A DNA stretch of 64,000 nt. Source: Malacoraja senta. Lineage: Eukaryota. The notes below the pieces were generated by a model. That model was given only the letters and a program-made list of their open reading frames with translations. It was not told the origin of the DNA and made no database searches. Within the stretch, counting starts at the first letter, position 1, and every line of letters begins with the position of its first letter. Location of the stretch: assembly GCA_038087875.1 (NCBI GenBank), contig JAXLNO010005343.1, positions 62,001 through 126,000 on the forward strand. Reading direction: 5' to 3'. This document shows, in pieces, positions 1 to 12,699 of this stretch. A program made the position numbers and the translations under genes.

Positions 1-2730
1 TATGATATAGTTACTCCACGATTACAAAAAATGTATACATATGCTTATAAAGAGCAAAACCTACCTGAAACACTAGCGGAATCAACGATCATATTAATAC
101 TTAAAAAAGATAAAAATATAGAAGAACCAGGATCATATAGAGCTATTGCTTTGTTAAATACGGATCAGAAAATAATAGCAAAAACATTAGCCAATAGATT
201 AAGCAAGTATGTTAGTAGACTAATACATGAGGATCAAACAGGATTTATACCTAAGAGGCACTCATTTAATAATTTGAGACGTTTGCTTAACATAATGCAT
301 TCACATAAATCTTATGACCAAGAGTTAGCTATCATCTCACTGGACGCAGAAAAAGCGTTTGATCAAGTAGAATGGGACTATATGATCAAAGTATTGCAAA
401 AATTCCAATTGGGAGAAAACTTTATTGCATGGATAAAACTACTATATAACAAACCTACGGCTAGAATACTAACTAATAATATATTATCTTCAAAATTCGA
501 ATTATCTAGGGGCAACAGACAAGGATGTTCACTATCACCGCTGTTATTTGCTTTGGTAATTGAACCCTTGCTGAAAAAATAAGAACACACTCGAATATTC
601 ACGGTTATAACACAAAATATTCAAACAACAAACTATCCCTATATGCTGATGATGTACTACTGTACATCACAAAACCACAAATTAGTATACCAAATATATT
701 AAACTTAATTGAGGACTTTGGATCCTTTTCAGGATATAGAATAAATTGGAACAAAAGTGAAATTATGTCGATTAAACCAAAAGACTCAACACATCTCAGG
801 AAATTCCCTTTTAAAATAGCTATGGAAAAATTCAAATATTTAGGAATTGAGATTACTAGAAATTACCATGATATGTTTAAAGCTAATTATAATCCCCTAC
901 TTAAGAAATTAAAGAATCTGATTAAATTTTGGAAAACACTTCCGATGTCCTTAATAGGTAGGATAAATGCTATAAAAATGATTTTCTTACCACAAATCCT
1001 TTACCTATTTCAATCAATACCTATATATCTCCCAAAAAAGTTTTTCAAAAAACTGGACTCAGACATTACAAATTTTATATGGGATTACAAATCCCACAGA
1101 ATACAAAGAACACACCTTAACAAACGAAAAGAGTTGGGGGGTCTAGCGCTCCCTAACTTTATGTATTATAACTGGGCAGTAAATATTAAAAATATGATTC
1201 ACCTGCTGGACAATTCTGCCCAGCAGGTGGACTGGATTATAATGGAAAAAGGGGATTGCTCCCCGAATAATATAGGAGCGATTATTCTCTCTCCAATAAA
1301 TTTGAATAATAAAAATTATAATAAAAATCCAATTATATATAGCACTATTAGAACATGGAAGCAAATAAAACAGAATCTAAAATTAAGAAACCTATCTCTC
1401 TTAATACCAATAGTCAATAACCCATCGTTTAAACCTTCAATCATAGATAAAGCATTTATACAATGGGAAAGAATGGGAATTAAAACGCTCGAAGATCTGT
1501 ATGAATTAGAAAAATTACTATCATTCCAACAACTACAACTGAAATATAATTTGAAAAATAATCAATATTTTAAATATATACAAATCTGTGACTATTTGAA
1601 AACACACACAAAAGATTATTATAATATGCCTTCCGACTTACTAGATGAAGCAATGAAGACAAAGGCGGAATCAGTTAATTTAATATCATACTTATATAAT
1701 ATCATCTTAAATATAGAAATACCCACAACAGATGGAATTAGAAGAGATTGGGAACAAGATCTAGGTATAAAAATTTCAAAAGAGAGTTGGGATAATCATT
1801 TATTACAGGTGCATAAATGCTCGATCAACGTACGACATACGCTTATCCAATTTAAAACATTACATAGATTATATTATTCAAAAACCAAACTAAATAAAAT
1901 CTTTCCTAACGTCTCACCAATCTGTGATAAATGTATATGTCAAGAAGCTACCATAGCACATTCTTTTGTTTTTTGTACAAAAATCCAAAAATTCTGGTTT
2001 GAAATATTTGATATTTTTTCAAAATTAATCAAAATAAAACTGGTACCAAAACCAGAATGGATTATTTTTGGAATATCGGAAGGTATTCCTGAATTAAACG
2101 TGTATCAGAAGAATTTACTCAATTATGGGCTAATAATGGGAAAAAAGCTTATACTTAAATTCTGGAAAAATGCGCCCACACCAACAATAAAAATGTGGAC
2201 ATCAAATATGTTGGAAACATTACATCTGGAAGAGATGAGATTCCTCCTAGTAGGCAAAGTAGATCAATTTCAAAAGACGTGGTCTACGTTTTTGGACCTA
2301 TTACAAGCATGAGGTGCAATAGTAATTTAGAAAAACAAATAAATAAATAAAAGGTATCTGGACCTGGTAATGGGAGGTAAAATAAAAATAGACTTGGTTG
2401 GTAGTTCCTTCTCTATGAAGTATGGTATAAGAGTTATAATAGAGCGATTGTTCCTTCTTTCTTTCTCTTTTTTTTCTAGGGTCTATTTTCTAACTTTACT
2501 TCCTTCTCTAACCTCTTTTCTAAGGGGCTTTCTTTTCCCAACACTCTTTTGCACTTCACAACCTTTGCGCACTTTCTTCACTTTTCTTACTTCTTTCTTT
2601 TTCTTTCTTAAAGTTTAAAAAAGTGAAGCGGTACAAAAAAAATGTATTAATATATACGTGTTGTACATTACTGTAATCTACCGTACTTCTAAAAAATAAA
2701 AAAAATAAAAAATAAAAAAAAAAAAATAAA
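1..2730 (+). mobile_element. L1-clade LINE, 5'-truncated by the window edge; ORF2 RT plus C-terminal Cys/His region, 3'UTR and poly(A)
   Basis: ORFs 31-582 and 765-2312 carry ISLDAEKAFD, GNRQGCSLSPLLF and CDKC...HSFVFC. The YADD motif (tatgctgatgat, ~641-652) lies between them in a shifted frame. A-rich tail at 2691-2730. Confidence 0.93.
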
Positions 2731-4907
2731 TGATGTTCACGTGCCTCGTAAACATCGAAGAGAAGCAGCAAAGTAACAAAAGTAACAAATAAAGCTTGTA
2801 CTTAAATTATAAGGGAGGGATTTTGAAAGAAGAGAACCAGAAAGGGGAAAGGGAGTAGAGGGCCGAACGGTAATGGGACATTTTACATAGCTGCCTTGGG
2901 GGGTGATTAGAAGAAACCCAGAGCACGACGATGTGCCAAACTAAAGTGCATTTATCAAAACATTCTGATAAAGGAGGAATGTTGAGATAATTAGTCTAAA
3001 CGGACAACGCAGTAAAAAACTGTAGAACATCATGTGATCTTTGTTCTGGGAACGGTCTAGTTTGTCTGTTCGCAACGGCCGTTGTATAAGGCGCTCTTTG
3101 ATAAAGTATAGCGTTGACTGCCTTACCCGATTTTTGCGGGTGCATTTTAAAGTGGTTTTCCACACTACATATCATTAAACACGGGTCAAAATTATTATTT
3201 GAGAATTGCTTAATTAAAATAAGTGTACGCACAAGTTTTAATAACAACAAATCCTTGTGCAATTGTGTCCCATGATAATATGGCGGGTATTTTCTTTGGC
3301 ACTAAATATTAACCAACAAGTAGTTTCGGAGGAATTTTTGATGGAACATTATTTTTGAAAATTATTTGAATTTATATTTCTGTTTAAGCATAACATTATT
3401 AAACAATTGAATTAGTAAAAACAGAATAAAATATTGTTTTTGTTGTCTCGATGGAACATTCCAATCTCTGTGGAGTCCACTGATCGTCGAAGGCCTCGAA
3501 TCAACATTCCCTGCGCCCTATTCAGGGGCACCTATGCAAGAACATAACGGAAATAGGCGAGCAGGCAATGGGATGGGCAGATATCTCGAAGGCCCGCCAC
3601 ATAAAATTGTAAATGGTCAGCATAAAGACCCGCCCGCTTCCCCCCCCCCCCACCCCAATGATGGACTAACAAGGTCTGCCTTCTCGTTGCACGAGCAATC
3701 CATGTCAACGATGGCGGATTGTTCCCAAAATTTCGACTTGGTTCAAGAAAGTTAATCGCAGTCATTCATTAAATATGATTGGGCACATTTCTGTTTCACT
3801 AAATTATTGTATATGCGAGACAAGCGACGAACTTCTTTTTTGTTTGCTATTACTCGTCTACAATCCACTATTCATGTGATTTGCAGGGTGCCGAGAAACG
3901 ATCCCGCTGGTCCTTGCAGGTCAATTTTCCCATCGTCCAAAATTCGCTAAACATCACTGTCGAATATTTTTAAAAGGTAGAACTGTAGCACTTCCCCGAC
4001 CTGCTTTCCAAAACAATAAATGTCTGACAATGTACTGGACATTCAACGTGGAATATGATATCCAATAATAAATCCTTGCATTGTAATTTCATAATTTAAT
4101 AGATGTTATTGATGAATCTAACACGTGTGGATGAATGGTTATCGTCCTTCATTTGATTGTAAAGAAAACATGGTAAGAAAAAGTTAGTGCAGGAATATAT
4201 TGTATCCATTGTCTGGTATTGTTACTAACATCCTCTGTTATGTTTCCACATTCTGATAATGTTACAACTTACTGTTTCACCCTCCTATTTTCATTATATC
4301 CTTAAGTGGCCAAAATGCGCCTGACATCCTTGCGATATTTACGTACAGATACTCGTTACGATAGACGATCGAACATCCAAATCATATTAAGAGAGTAGGA
4401 TATATTCGGCGTGGAAATCTTTACGTGGAGTCATGTTTCACCCAAATCTACTGAATACATAGAGGCACAGAGCTACACGGCACTGAAACCGGACATTAGC
4501 CCAATTCGTCTATGCCAACCGACCTAGTCTTATGTGGCTGCTCCTAGACCCCATTCCTCCACGTGATTCATATCCATGTATCTGTCCAACGGTCTTTTAA
4601 ATGTCGTAACGAGTTTTTTTGTTGATGAATCTGGTTCAACGCATTGTGGCAGACAGAACCAGCGAAACACTTTTGCTAACCTCTTACCACCATAACACGA
4701 TGAATGGTTTACTCATGGTGGCAGGCAATTACTACTAGCGTGCCGTTGGTATCAGTGCCGGGGCCTTATTATTTCACAATATATATAAATCTTTCTCAAT
4801 CAATTGCCCCGGCCTGCGCAAACGCACACACGCACAGAAACGCACATACAGACACACACACATCCGCCACACACTTGAATGGGTTCAGTCTGACACTGGT
4901 GGAATGT

Positions 4908-5198
4908 GGGGCGGCACAGTGGCACAGTATGTAGAGCCGTTGACTCGCAGCGCCAAATACCTGGGTTTGATCCTGACTTCAGGTGGTGTCTATGTGGAGT
5001 GTGCACGTTCTCCCGGTGACTGCATGTGTTTTCTCCGGGTACGCTGGATTGTAGGTCAATTGGCCGCTGTAAATTGTTCCTAATGTGGTGACATTGGATG
5101 AGAAAGTGGGATAAACATAGAAAGAGTATGAACGGATGATCAATGCACAGCGTGGACTCAGTGAACCATAAGCCTGTTCCCATGCTGTGTCTCTAAAC
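4908..5198 (+). mobile_element. tRNA-derived V-SINE (HE1-like)
   Basis: ggggcggcacagtggc...gggtttgatcctgac A/B-box-like head, central ggagtgtgcacgttctcc domain, CR1-like 3' end. Related copies at ~19236-19440, 25175-25290, 43500-43640, 45170-45345, 46150-46430, 52360-52470 and 54230-54510. Confidence 0.75.
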
Positions 5199-6239
5199 AT
5201 TTAGAAATTATACTTCATGATGAAAATCGGGTTAGGTTAAAATTTCTCCTTTCTGTACTACTTGAAAATCTATCGAATGCTTCATGGCTATGGGCAGATA
5301 AGCAGACGTTATCGCTTTGATGATAGTCCCATGTAAGCCAAGGTAAACTAAATTTTACACAAGACGACAATAATCATATGATATGGAATTAGTCTAATCT
5401 TGAGATGATATCAGAAATAAGTTATTGTATTAACCGTTTAGTTTAACTTCGCATCATGTTCGGAGCAGATATACTTGGCCAAAAGGCCCGTTCCTATGCT
5501 ATACTGTTCTTTGTACTTCTCAAAGGCCTTGCTAAAGTCCAGTTAGACGACGTTTATGGCCCTGGCACCAGCAATCTTCTTTGTTGCATCTTCAAAATAC
5601 TCTGTCAAATTCGTCTCCCATGCACAAAGCTTACTATATCCACTGAACGGATACCATTCCAACTACAGGTGTATCTCATCCCTCCACTTCACTCTGATTC
5701 ATTTGTTCACTGTTCTCCATTCTGATTCGATGAATCAAACGCGAATCCACCTTGGTATTTTCACAAATATACCTGTGTGTGCTTACGTGTGTCCAGTCGT
5801 CTCTTTGTTAATATGAGCAGTCAGGTGCGGGATTAACAACAATATATTGCTGATGGACATAAAATGCGGGGGGTTAACTCATCGGTTCAGGCAGCATCTC
5901 TGGAGAAAAGGAATATCCTACACAAGATATTGTGCACTTTGTCACAGGAACATATGCATACAGAAGGCCGTCACACATGCCCCATCGTTGAAACTCACCG
6001 TGGCGCAACTCAACTTCTCTTCTGTGCCAGATCCCAATACCCTCACTTCTGTGAGTCAGTGAAAATACCATAATATCAAGTCGTCCACAGTGTACAGATA
6101 GAGGATAAGGCTATACCGTTAAGGATACGATAAAGTCCATTAAATAAGGTCTCCAATGAGGTGGATGGGAATTCAGGACGGCTCTCTAGTTCACGAGAGA
6201 ATAGTTCAGTTGTCTGATAACAGCTAGGAATAAAATGTC

Positions 6240-6700
6240 CCTGAATCTGCAGAAATGGATTTTCATACCTGTACCTTTTGCCTGATGGAAGAGGGGGCGA
6301 AGTGGATTATGCTGGTGACCTTGCCGAGGTAGAGTGCGAAGTGCAGATGGAGTCAATGGAAGAGAGGTTAGTCTACGTGGTAGTCTGGGGTACGTCCGCA
6401 ACTCTCTGTAATTTCTAGCGGTCTTGGGTGTAGCTGTTCCCAAACCATGCCTTGATGCGTCCCGATAAAATGTTTTCAATGGCGCATCTTTTGAGGCAGG
6501 GCTGTTGGGGACATGCGTAACTGCCCAAGCCTTCTAAGAGAGTAGAGGTATTGGTGTGCTTTCTTTGCCATTGTATCGACGTGGCTGGTCCAGTACAAGT
6601 TGTTGGTGATATGTATTCCTAAAAACCTGGAGCTTTCAGCCATATTTACTTCAGCAGCAACAATGTATACCAGGGTATGTGCACCGCTTCGCTTGCCGAA
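6240..6700 (-). mobile_element. Rex1/Babar-like LINE 3' fragment
   Basis: The minus frame reads FLGIHITNNLYWTSHVDTMAKKAHQYLYSLRRL, a typical Rex1/Babar RT C-terminus. Confidence 0.7.
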
Positions 6701-8672
6701 GTCGATCATAACTTCTTTGTCTTGCTTTCATGAAGGGAACGGTTATGCCATGATATAAGAAAACGTATATGTCCAGAGTTCCTTAGTCCTTGTAATATAC
6801 GGATTTCCATGGATTATTGGGATTCGGGCATTGATTGACAACTAGCACACAAGGATGTGACAATACTATAGTATAAACCCTCTAATTCAGGTCAGTACTT
6901 TCAACTACTTTAGGCAATTACAAATCCAGGTCATTACTTTCAACTGTGGCACCCGCCTTGCATATACAGTAGCTTGAAGCACCGTGTACGTAAAGCAGGA
7001 CTGGGCCTCTTTGCTTTCTGATTACATTCCATTTGGATATCCGTGGAGTCTCCAGTTACCTTCAGGTTTCGCGTCCCCATGTAGTAAAGCAGTTCAGACT
7101 ACAATGACCAAAAGTCTTATGCAAGTACATTGGAGTATCTAGGAAGATAAAAAAATAACTAACAGTGAGATACTGATTTCCCTGCATCCCAGCAAACTTT
7201 GCCAGGCTATTTTTATATAATCACAACTCATACAATTAGCTATTCTTCACAGAGAATTCACCATACTCAAATATAGAATATGGTATTAGGAACCGGTATT
7301 CGTTGTCGTATATTTCGCAAACGATTATCTTGCCAATATCATATTCCAAATAACCATGCAGTTTATTCCGCTGTTTTCTAAATCCTCCCGTATTTGGAGC
7401 AATTGGATTGCTTATATGAACTGATAACTTGATAGTAATTAATCGCTGTACTCCTTTATTAGCAATCAAACAGCTTTGCGCAAATTGTAGAAGCAGGTGT
7501 CCGTACAACCCCTGTGAATTCTTCATCGACGTTTACATAGTTTAACCTGTATACATGCACTCTCCCCTCCGCTTGCATCCACTCCCCGACACTAAACTAC
7601 ACTAACCGTGCCTGTATCACTGCCGGGACAACCAAATTATGAAGTATTGGCTCTTGCTTGATGTCCTCCATGCTTAGCAATTTTTAGCACGTATTTCTGC
7701 ATTTCCAGCGAGCAGTTTCATCGGTATATGTGTTACGGCGGTGAACGCTATTTCTGCTTGGAAACCCTGTAATAGTCGGTCCAAACCCCACCATCTGGGC
7801 CACAAATCTCCAGCTATCTGTTTCACCGTGCCCGCCCACCGCCATCCTCGTCGGTTATGGGTTTATACAAAACCGGTTGATCAAACCGATGTAACACTGA
7901 GAGCTTTTCAGTGGTGGCGAAAGCAGAAACGCCGACAACAGAAGAACAAATGCCTCAGGAGCAGCGGTGAAACAATTTATGGTGGCTTCCTGTTCAACTC
8001 GAAGCAGTTACCCCAGCAATCTCTGTTGAATAGCGAATACCTCCCTCTGTTAAGAACTTCAAGAATGTGTTATCTATTTATTTGCTAAACTATAGACCAA
8101 TGGATCTCCCCCTTCTCATCTGAAATGATTTCGCAGATTTTTCTGCTGAAATGACGCAAACTTCCGCTATCATTGCACAACAGTGTACCGATGTTTTTGC
8201 AGACTAACTGAGCAAAATGAGGAATTTTCTCTTCATCCTGTGCGAAAGATCAACCTGAATTCAGTATGGAGAGCAGGGGAATTTCAAAAATCTGGATTAG
8301 TGCTTAAATGTCCTTATCATAGCTTGTGTTAGCATAAGGACTCGCCGATTACTGGGGTGGAAGCGATAAGGTATGAAATGGGCGGTGCGGTAAGGGGAGG
8401 GGAGGGGAGCGGTGGGTCGTGGTCAGGGATGGTAGAGATCCGGAATGATGACGTTTAGATGGCGGAATGGGACTGCAAGGGTTGGGGTTTGTAAAATCAG
8501 TGGTTTGATTGGGGAGGCGGAGAGTCAATTAAGCCCAACTAGATGCAAAACGCAGGTTTTTAGAGCTCATCTACGTTATATTTGTTTGGTGTATTGCTTT
8601 CTCTTCATTCAGTGAAATAGTCCACAGCCGATTGTGCTGCTGTTGACAGCAATGCAAGTAAAAGTAAGTCTC

Positions 8673-8719
8673 ACCACATCGACAAGAGCCGCGCTGCAGT
8701 CACAGAAGGAGTGACGTGC
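8673..8719 (+). promoter_or_regulatory. Candidate proximal promoter motifs of gene A (RUNX site, CRE-like decamer)
   Basis: ACCACA at 8673-8678 and AGTGACGTGC at 8710-8719, 70-120 nt upstream of the leader ATG. Motif match only. Confidence 0.3.
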
Positions 8720-8789
8720 TTCATCGTCTGACAATTCAACCTTCAGAAACGTTTACTGCTCCACACGCCCTGTGATCACTTGCTGCGGA

Positions 8790-8844
8790 ATGTTGTCCAG
8801 CATTGCACTTCGCTGTTTCTCTTTTTGGGGGATAATTTTCACAG
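8790..8844 (+). CDS. Gene A exon 1: signal peptide MLSSIALRCFSFWGIIFT(G)
   Basis: ATG at 8790, hydrophobic 18-aa leader, phase-1 donor G|gtacat. The 161-nt intron ends in ...ttttctttcctttag, in frame with the V exon. Confidence 0.82.
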
Positions 8845-9005
8845 GTACATGGCATCCCCATAAACCCTTTATACAGACTAAAATCTACATCTATTCAATG
8901 GTTCTTTAATGCGTGACTTTATTTCCATTTGCAATTAGCCCTGCTCCTGCGTTTAACCTTCTGGGGTGAAATATTCCTAATCGGGCCTGTTTTTCTTTCC
9001 TTTAG

Positions 9006-9326
9006 GTAATGGGAAAACTGCAGACAAAGTAACTCAAGTTCCTCAAGCAGTGAATGTCTCGACGGGCCAAAATGCTTCGTTTCACTGCTCTGTTCCCTTC
9101 TTTCGTGAAGGGCCCAGCGTAAGCGTACATTGGTGGAAACAGGGTGAAAATGTTTTTTTCATCCCAGACCCTGACGGGAGAACGGTTTCCGGCGTCGGTA
9201 CTAAATTCAGTGGCTTCCTGAAAATAGTCAATGTGAGCCGACAGGATGCCGGAGTATATTATTGTACCATCACCCTCTGTGGCACTTTAGTTGGCAACGG
9301 AACCGGGTCGACTTTAGTTGTGTTGG
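9006..9326 (+). CDS. Gene A exon 2: germline-joined V(J)-type Ig domain
   Basis: KVTQVP...NASFHC...VHWWKQ...[17 protein letters not shown]...[11 protein letters not shown]. Has the canonical B-strand Cys, C-strand Trp, DxGxYYC and a J-like GxGSTLxV. Strong acceptor, donor G|gtaagt, phase 1-1. Confidence 0.93.
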
Positions 9327-9994
9327 GTAAGTAGGTTTAAACGTGTAACGAATGCGATTTCGCGACTGTGATATTGCCCTGCAAGTAACGTGTTTTTTCA
9401 GATTTGAATCATTCATACAGCCAGATGAATACTATAAATATTGCAATTGGTAAATCATACCATAGATGGTCTGCATGCTGATATGTATAAACAATACGTT
9501 TTAGCGATATTAATCAAAACGTATCTTATGTATTGGAAGTTTATTTCCAAAGCACAGCATAACATTAGTACAATACAGGTACCATTGTAGTGCCCGTTGT
9601 GAATACGGAAAAGACATGTGCAACTGTCGTAGTGGGTGACCCCATATGATGTACCATTTCGCCTGCGTTAGATCAAGAGGACTGTTTGTTTTTATATTGG
9701 ACGTTAGAGTCATTCAATTGTAACCGTGGCCTCCACATGAATAAGTTTGGACGCTAATGTTGCGAACGTAAAATAGCGAAGAATCGGAACCCAAATTTCC
9801 CTCAACATTTCAAATGACCTGCATGGTGTTCCGCACCTACCACCTAAAATTCTCATATCACGACTAAATTACAATTTTCAGAATTGTTTAATCACAATGT
9901 TTGCAAATGATCGGGGAAATAGTCGGCAGCAGAACATTTACATGTTTGGCATTTACCCGAGACGGCAGTGTTGCAAGAATGTACCATCATGTTG

Positions 9995-10845
9995 TGGGAA
10001 CTGCAGATGCTGGTTTAAACCGAAGACACAAAATGCTGGCGTCATTCAGCGGGACAGGCAGCATCTCTGGATAGAAGGAATGGGTGACGTTTCGGGTCGA
10101 GACCCTTCTTCACACTGTCAGGGGAGACGGAGATACAGAAATAAGGAAATGTATGGTGTGAAAACGAGACAAAGGGGATGGCGATCAGGGGAAATGTAGA
10201 ATATATCATTGTTAGCTAGGAAAAGGGAACAATAAAGTAAACAGAGATGAAATGTAAACGAGGACAGTCAGACTAGTCGGAGAATTGGGTAGAGGATGGA
10301 TGGAGAGAGAGCGAAGGCAAGGGTTACTTGAAATTATAGGTCAATATTCATACCGCTGGGGTGTAAGCTGCCCAAACGAATTACGAGGTATTGTTCCTCC
10401 AATTTGCGCTGGGCCTCACTTTGACAATGGAGGAGGCCCAGGACAAAAAGATCAGTGTGGGAATGGGAGGGGGAGTTAAAGTGTTGGCTAGTGGTAGGAT
10501 CCCGTTAGAGGTGGCGAAAATGCCGGAGAATTATGTGCTGTATGCGACGGCTGTTGGGGAGAACGGTGAGGACTAGGGGGACTACGTCCCTGTTGCGACT
10601 GGGGGAGGGGGAGCAAGCGCGGAGCTGCGGGACATCGAGGAGACCCCAGTGAGGGCATCGTTTATGATGGAAGGGAGGAATCCCTGTTTCCTATTGAATG
10701 AAGACATCTCAGATGTCCTGGTATGGAACACCTCATCTTGGGCGCAGAAGCGGCGTAGACGGAGGAATTGGGAGTCGGAGAAGAGTCTCTACAGGACGCA
10801 GGGTGGGATACACATTTACCATCATGTTTTTCTTCACTAGACAGC
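9995..10845 (-). mobile_element. Penelope-like element fragment in the gene A V-C1 intron
   Basis: A minus frame reads SQFLRLRRFCAQDEVFHTRTSEM (PLE RT C-terminus). It ends in the recurrent PLE terminal repeat (cgacccgaaacgtcacc...ccagagatgctgcc). Confidence 0.75.
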
Positions 10846-11005
10846 ACGAGTAAACGTTATCTCTGATTTAAATTCGGGTATAAAGGTTCCGTTTACATTA
10901 TTATAAATGCACAACGAACGCGCGAATCCGCCTCACAGAAACCATTCACAGTCCGCGCACTCATTTTGTACTAATATAACCGTATCACTAACCTTCATTC
11001 CCTAG

Positions 11006-11311
11006 TTCCGCCAACTCCGTTGAAAATTTATTCTGGAATTCCCGAGAAGACGGAATCCTTCGTTATTCTCTGCGTGACATCTCCCTTTTACCCAAAGAAT
11101 ATCAGCTTCATGTGGTATCAAGATGGTAGAAAAACTACAACGGATTTGGTTAATAGCAACAAGCCCACCGCAGATGGATTGTATGAAGCTTCCAGCCGAT
11201 TATCAGTGACACAGTATGTCCCGAGCGGCACCGTTTACACCTGCCTTGTGAATCATGTAACCCACCGTGTTCCTGCAGCAGCCACTTACGTTGTCATCAA
11301 CTCCGACACAG
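11006..11311 (+). CDS. Gene A exon 3: C1-set Ig domain
   Basis: (V)PPTPLKIY...[21 protein letters not shown]...[12 protein letters not shown]...YTCLVNH shows the C1 hallmarks CxxxxFYPxxIxxxW, DGxY and YxCxVxH. Acceptor cattccctag, donor G|gtaaga, phase 1-1. Confidence 0.93.
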
Positions 11312-12699
11312 GTAAGACCGGTAAGATCTCTATTACCATAGAAAGATACGTAAAGTTGGAGATTTCACAAAATGTCGCATGATAGGAATTACTGTTATTC
11401 CTGGCCTGAAACTATAAACCTTGAAGATCCGTCTATTATAATCGCATCCGCTCGATTTCCATGTGGCTGCAAATGTTCTCATCAAGTACACGCAAAATTG
11501 TCTTTTGACAAATTCATTGGGAGCTACTACCTCCAGCATGTCAGGCGCTGCACTCCGAATCTCAAGAAAGCTATTCCCACAAATGTCCTCGATACGGTAT
11601 AACCGCTGGTTTCCCCTTTTCTTCAGCGGAAATAGATTGTGTTTAATTGCCCCAGTAAAGCATCTCCCGTGACCAATTGCTCTTCATTTCTGCCAAACGA
11701 GAAGACCCCAAACTTCTCCCAACTCTTCACTGAACCGGGCACAATGATCTCATCTATCATTCTAGCAAACAACCTGTGCATAGACCTAAATTAAAAAGTA
11801 GTGATTTTCAAGCATTTGCCACGGTATGGTGTCCCTTGCTTCATCCATGAGGGCTAAAAGTTCCACGATCTGCCTTAAATCTTTTATCAGCTTCCCAGAA
11901 TTGTGTAATATGTTTTCCTCTTTCCCGTATGCTTCCAAATTCCTCAAAATATAAGCATATCTTGGCTCATTTGTCCAGTCTAACAACGACCTCCTCACGT
12001 CTCCTGTTTTTTTTATGTAGGATAACAGCACTCCCGTAACAAACACAGAAACAATTCCCCGCCACCGCGAGGGTCAATTGTTTGATTCTAAACAAAATGC
12101 CGTGATCCCGATATCCGACTAATATATCTCGGTCTGCCGCTCTGTCTCTACTGCCGGATGAGTCAACGCAGAAGTGTAAGATGGATACATGAGCTAGTAT
12201 CCGCTCCTTGCCGAGAGGCCACGGAGCTGAAACGCTGTCTCTCATTCGCTGAACATGACATAACTTCCTACAGATCAGAAACGTTGCCAATAATTTAAAG
12301 CTAGAAATAAAGTAACACGCTGAAAATATCCTCATTGACATTCCTGAATTTTAAAGCGGATATCATTTGTGAGTCGGACAGACGGTTTGCTGTCTCCGAT
12401 TTAATCAGAAGTATCTCTCATATTGAACTTTCATTTTAATAAGAATACGCGAACACCAGTTCGTTTTTTAAAGCTGTTGTTCTCGTAGTAAAGTATGAAA
12501 ACTATTATTTCTCGCTTATAAGAATAGGTTCATAAAATGACGCCTGAAAGCATGTTTTATTTTTTGACATATAATATAGAACCGTACACCACAGGATCAG
12601 ACATTTCGTCCCGCACGTGATGCAAGTTAAAATAATGTCCTCTCCCTTTTGGTGATCTATTTCCTTACACACTCTGCATCTCAATGTACCTGTACGAAA

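Noticed and set aside
4908-4985. tRNA-like sequence
   Set aside because: It is the head of a dispersed SINE with many degenerate copies, not a tRNA gene.
6909-7017. Minus-strand frame containing FTYTVL...TVYARR resembling ITIM/ITSM
   Set aside because: Purine-rich acceptor, non-canonical motifs, and no upstream Ig or TM exons found on that strand.
12021-12122. Strong acceptor followed by an open frame DNSTPVTNTET...ISD*
   Set aside because: Open only in phase 0, whereas the C1 exon ends in phase 1. No recognisable motif.
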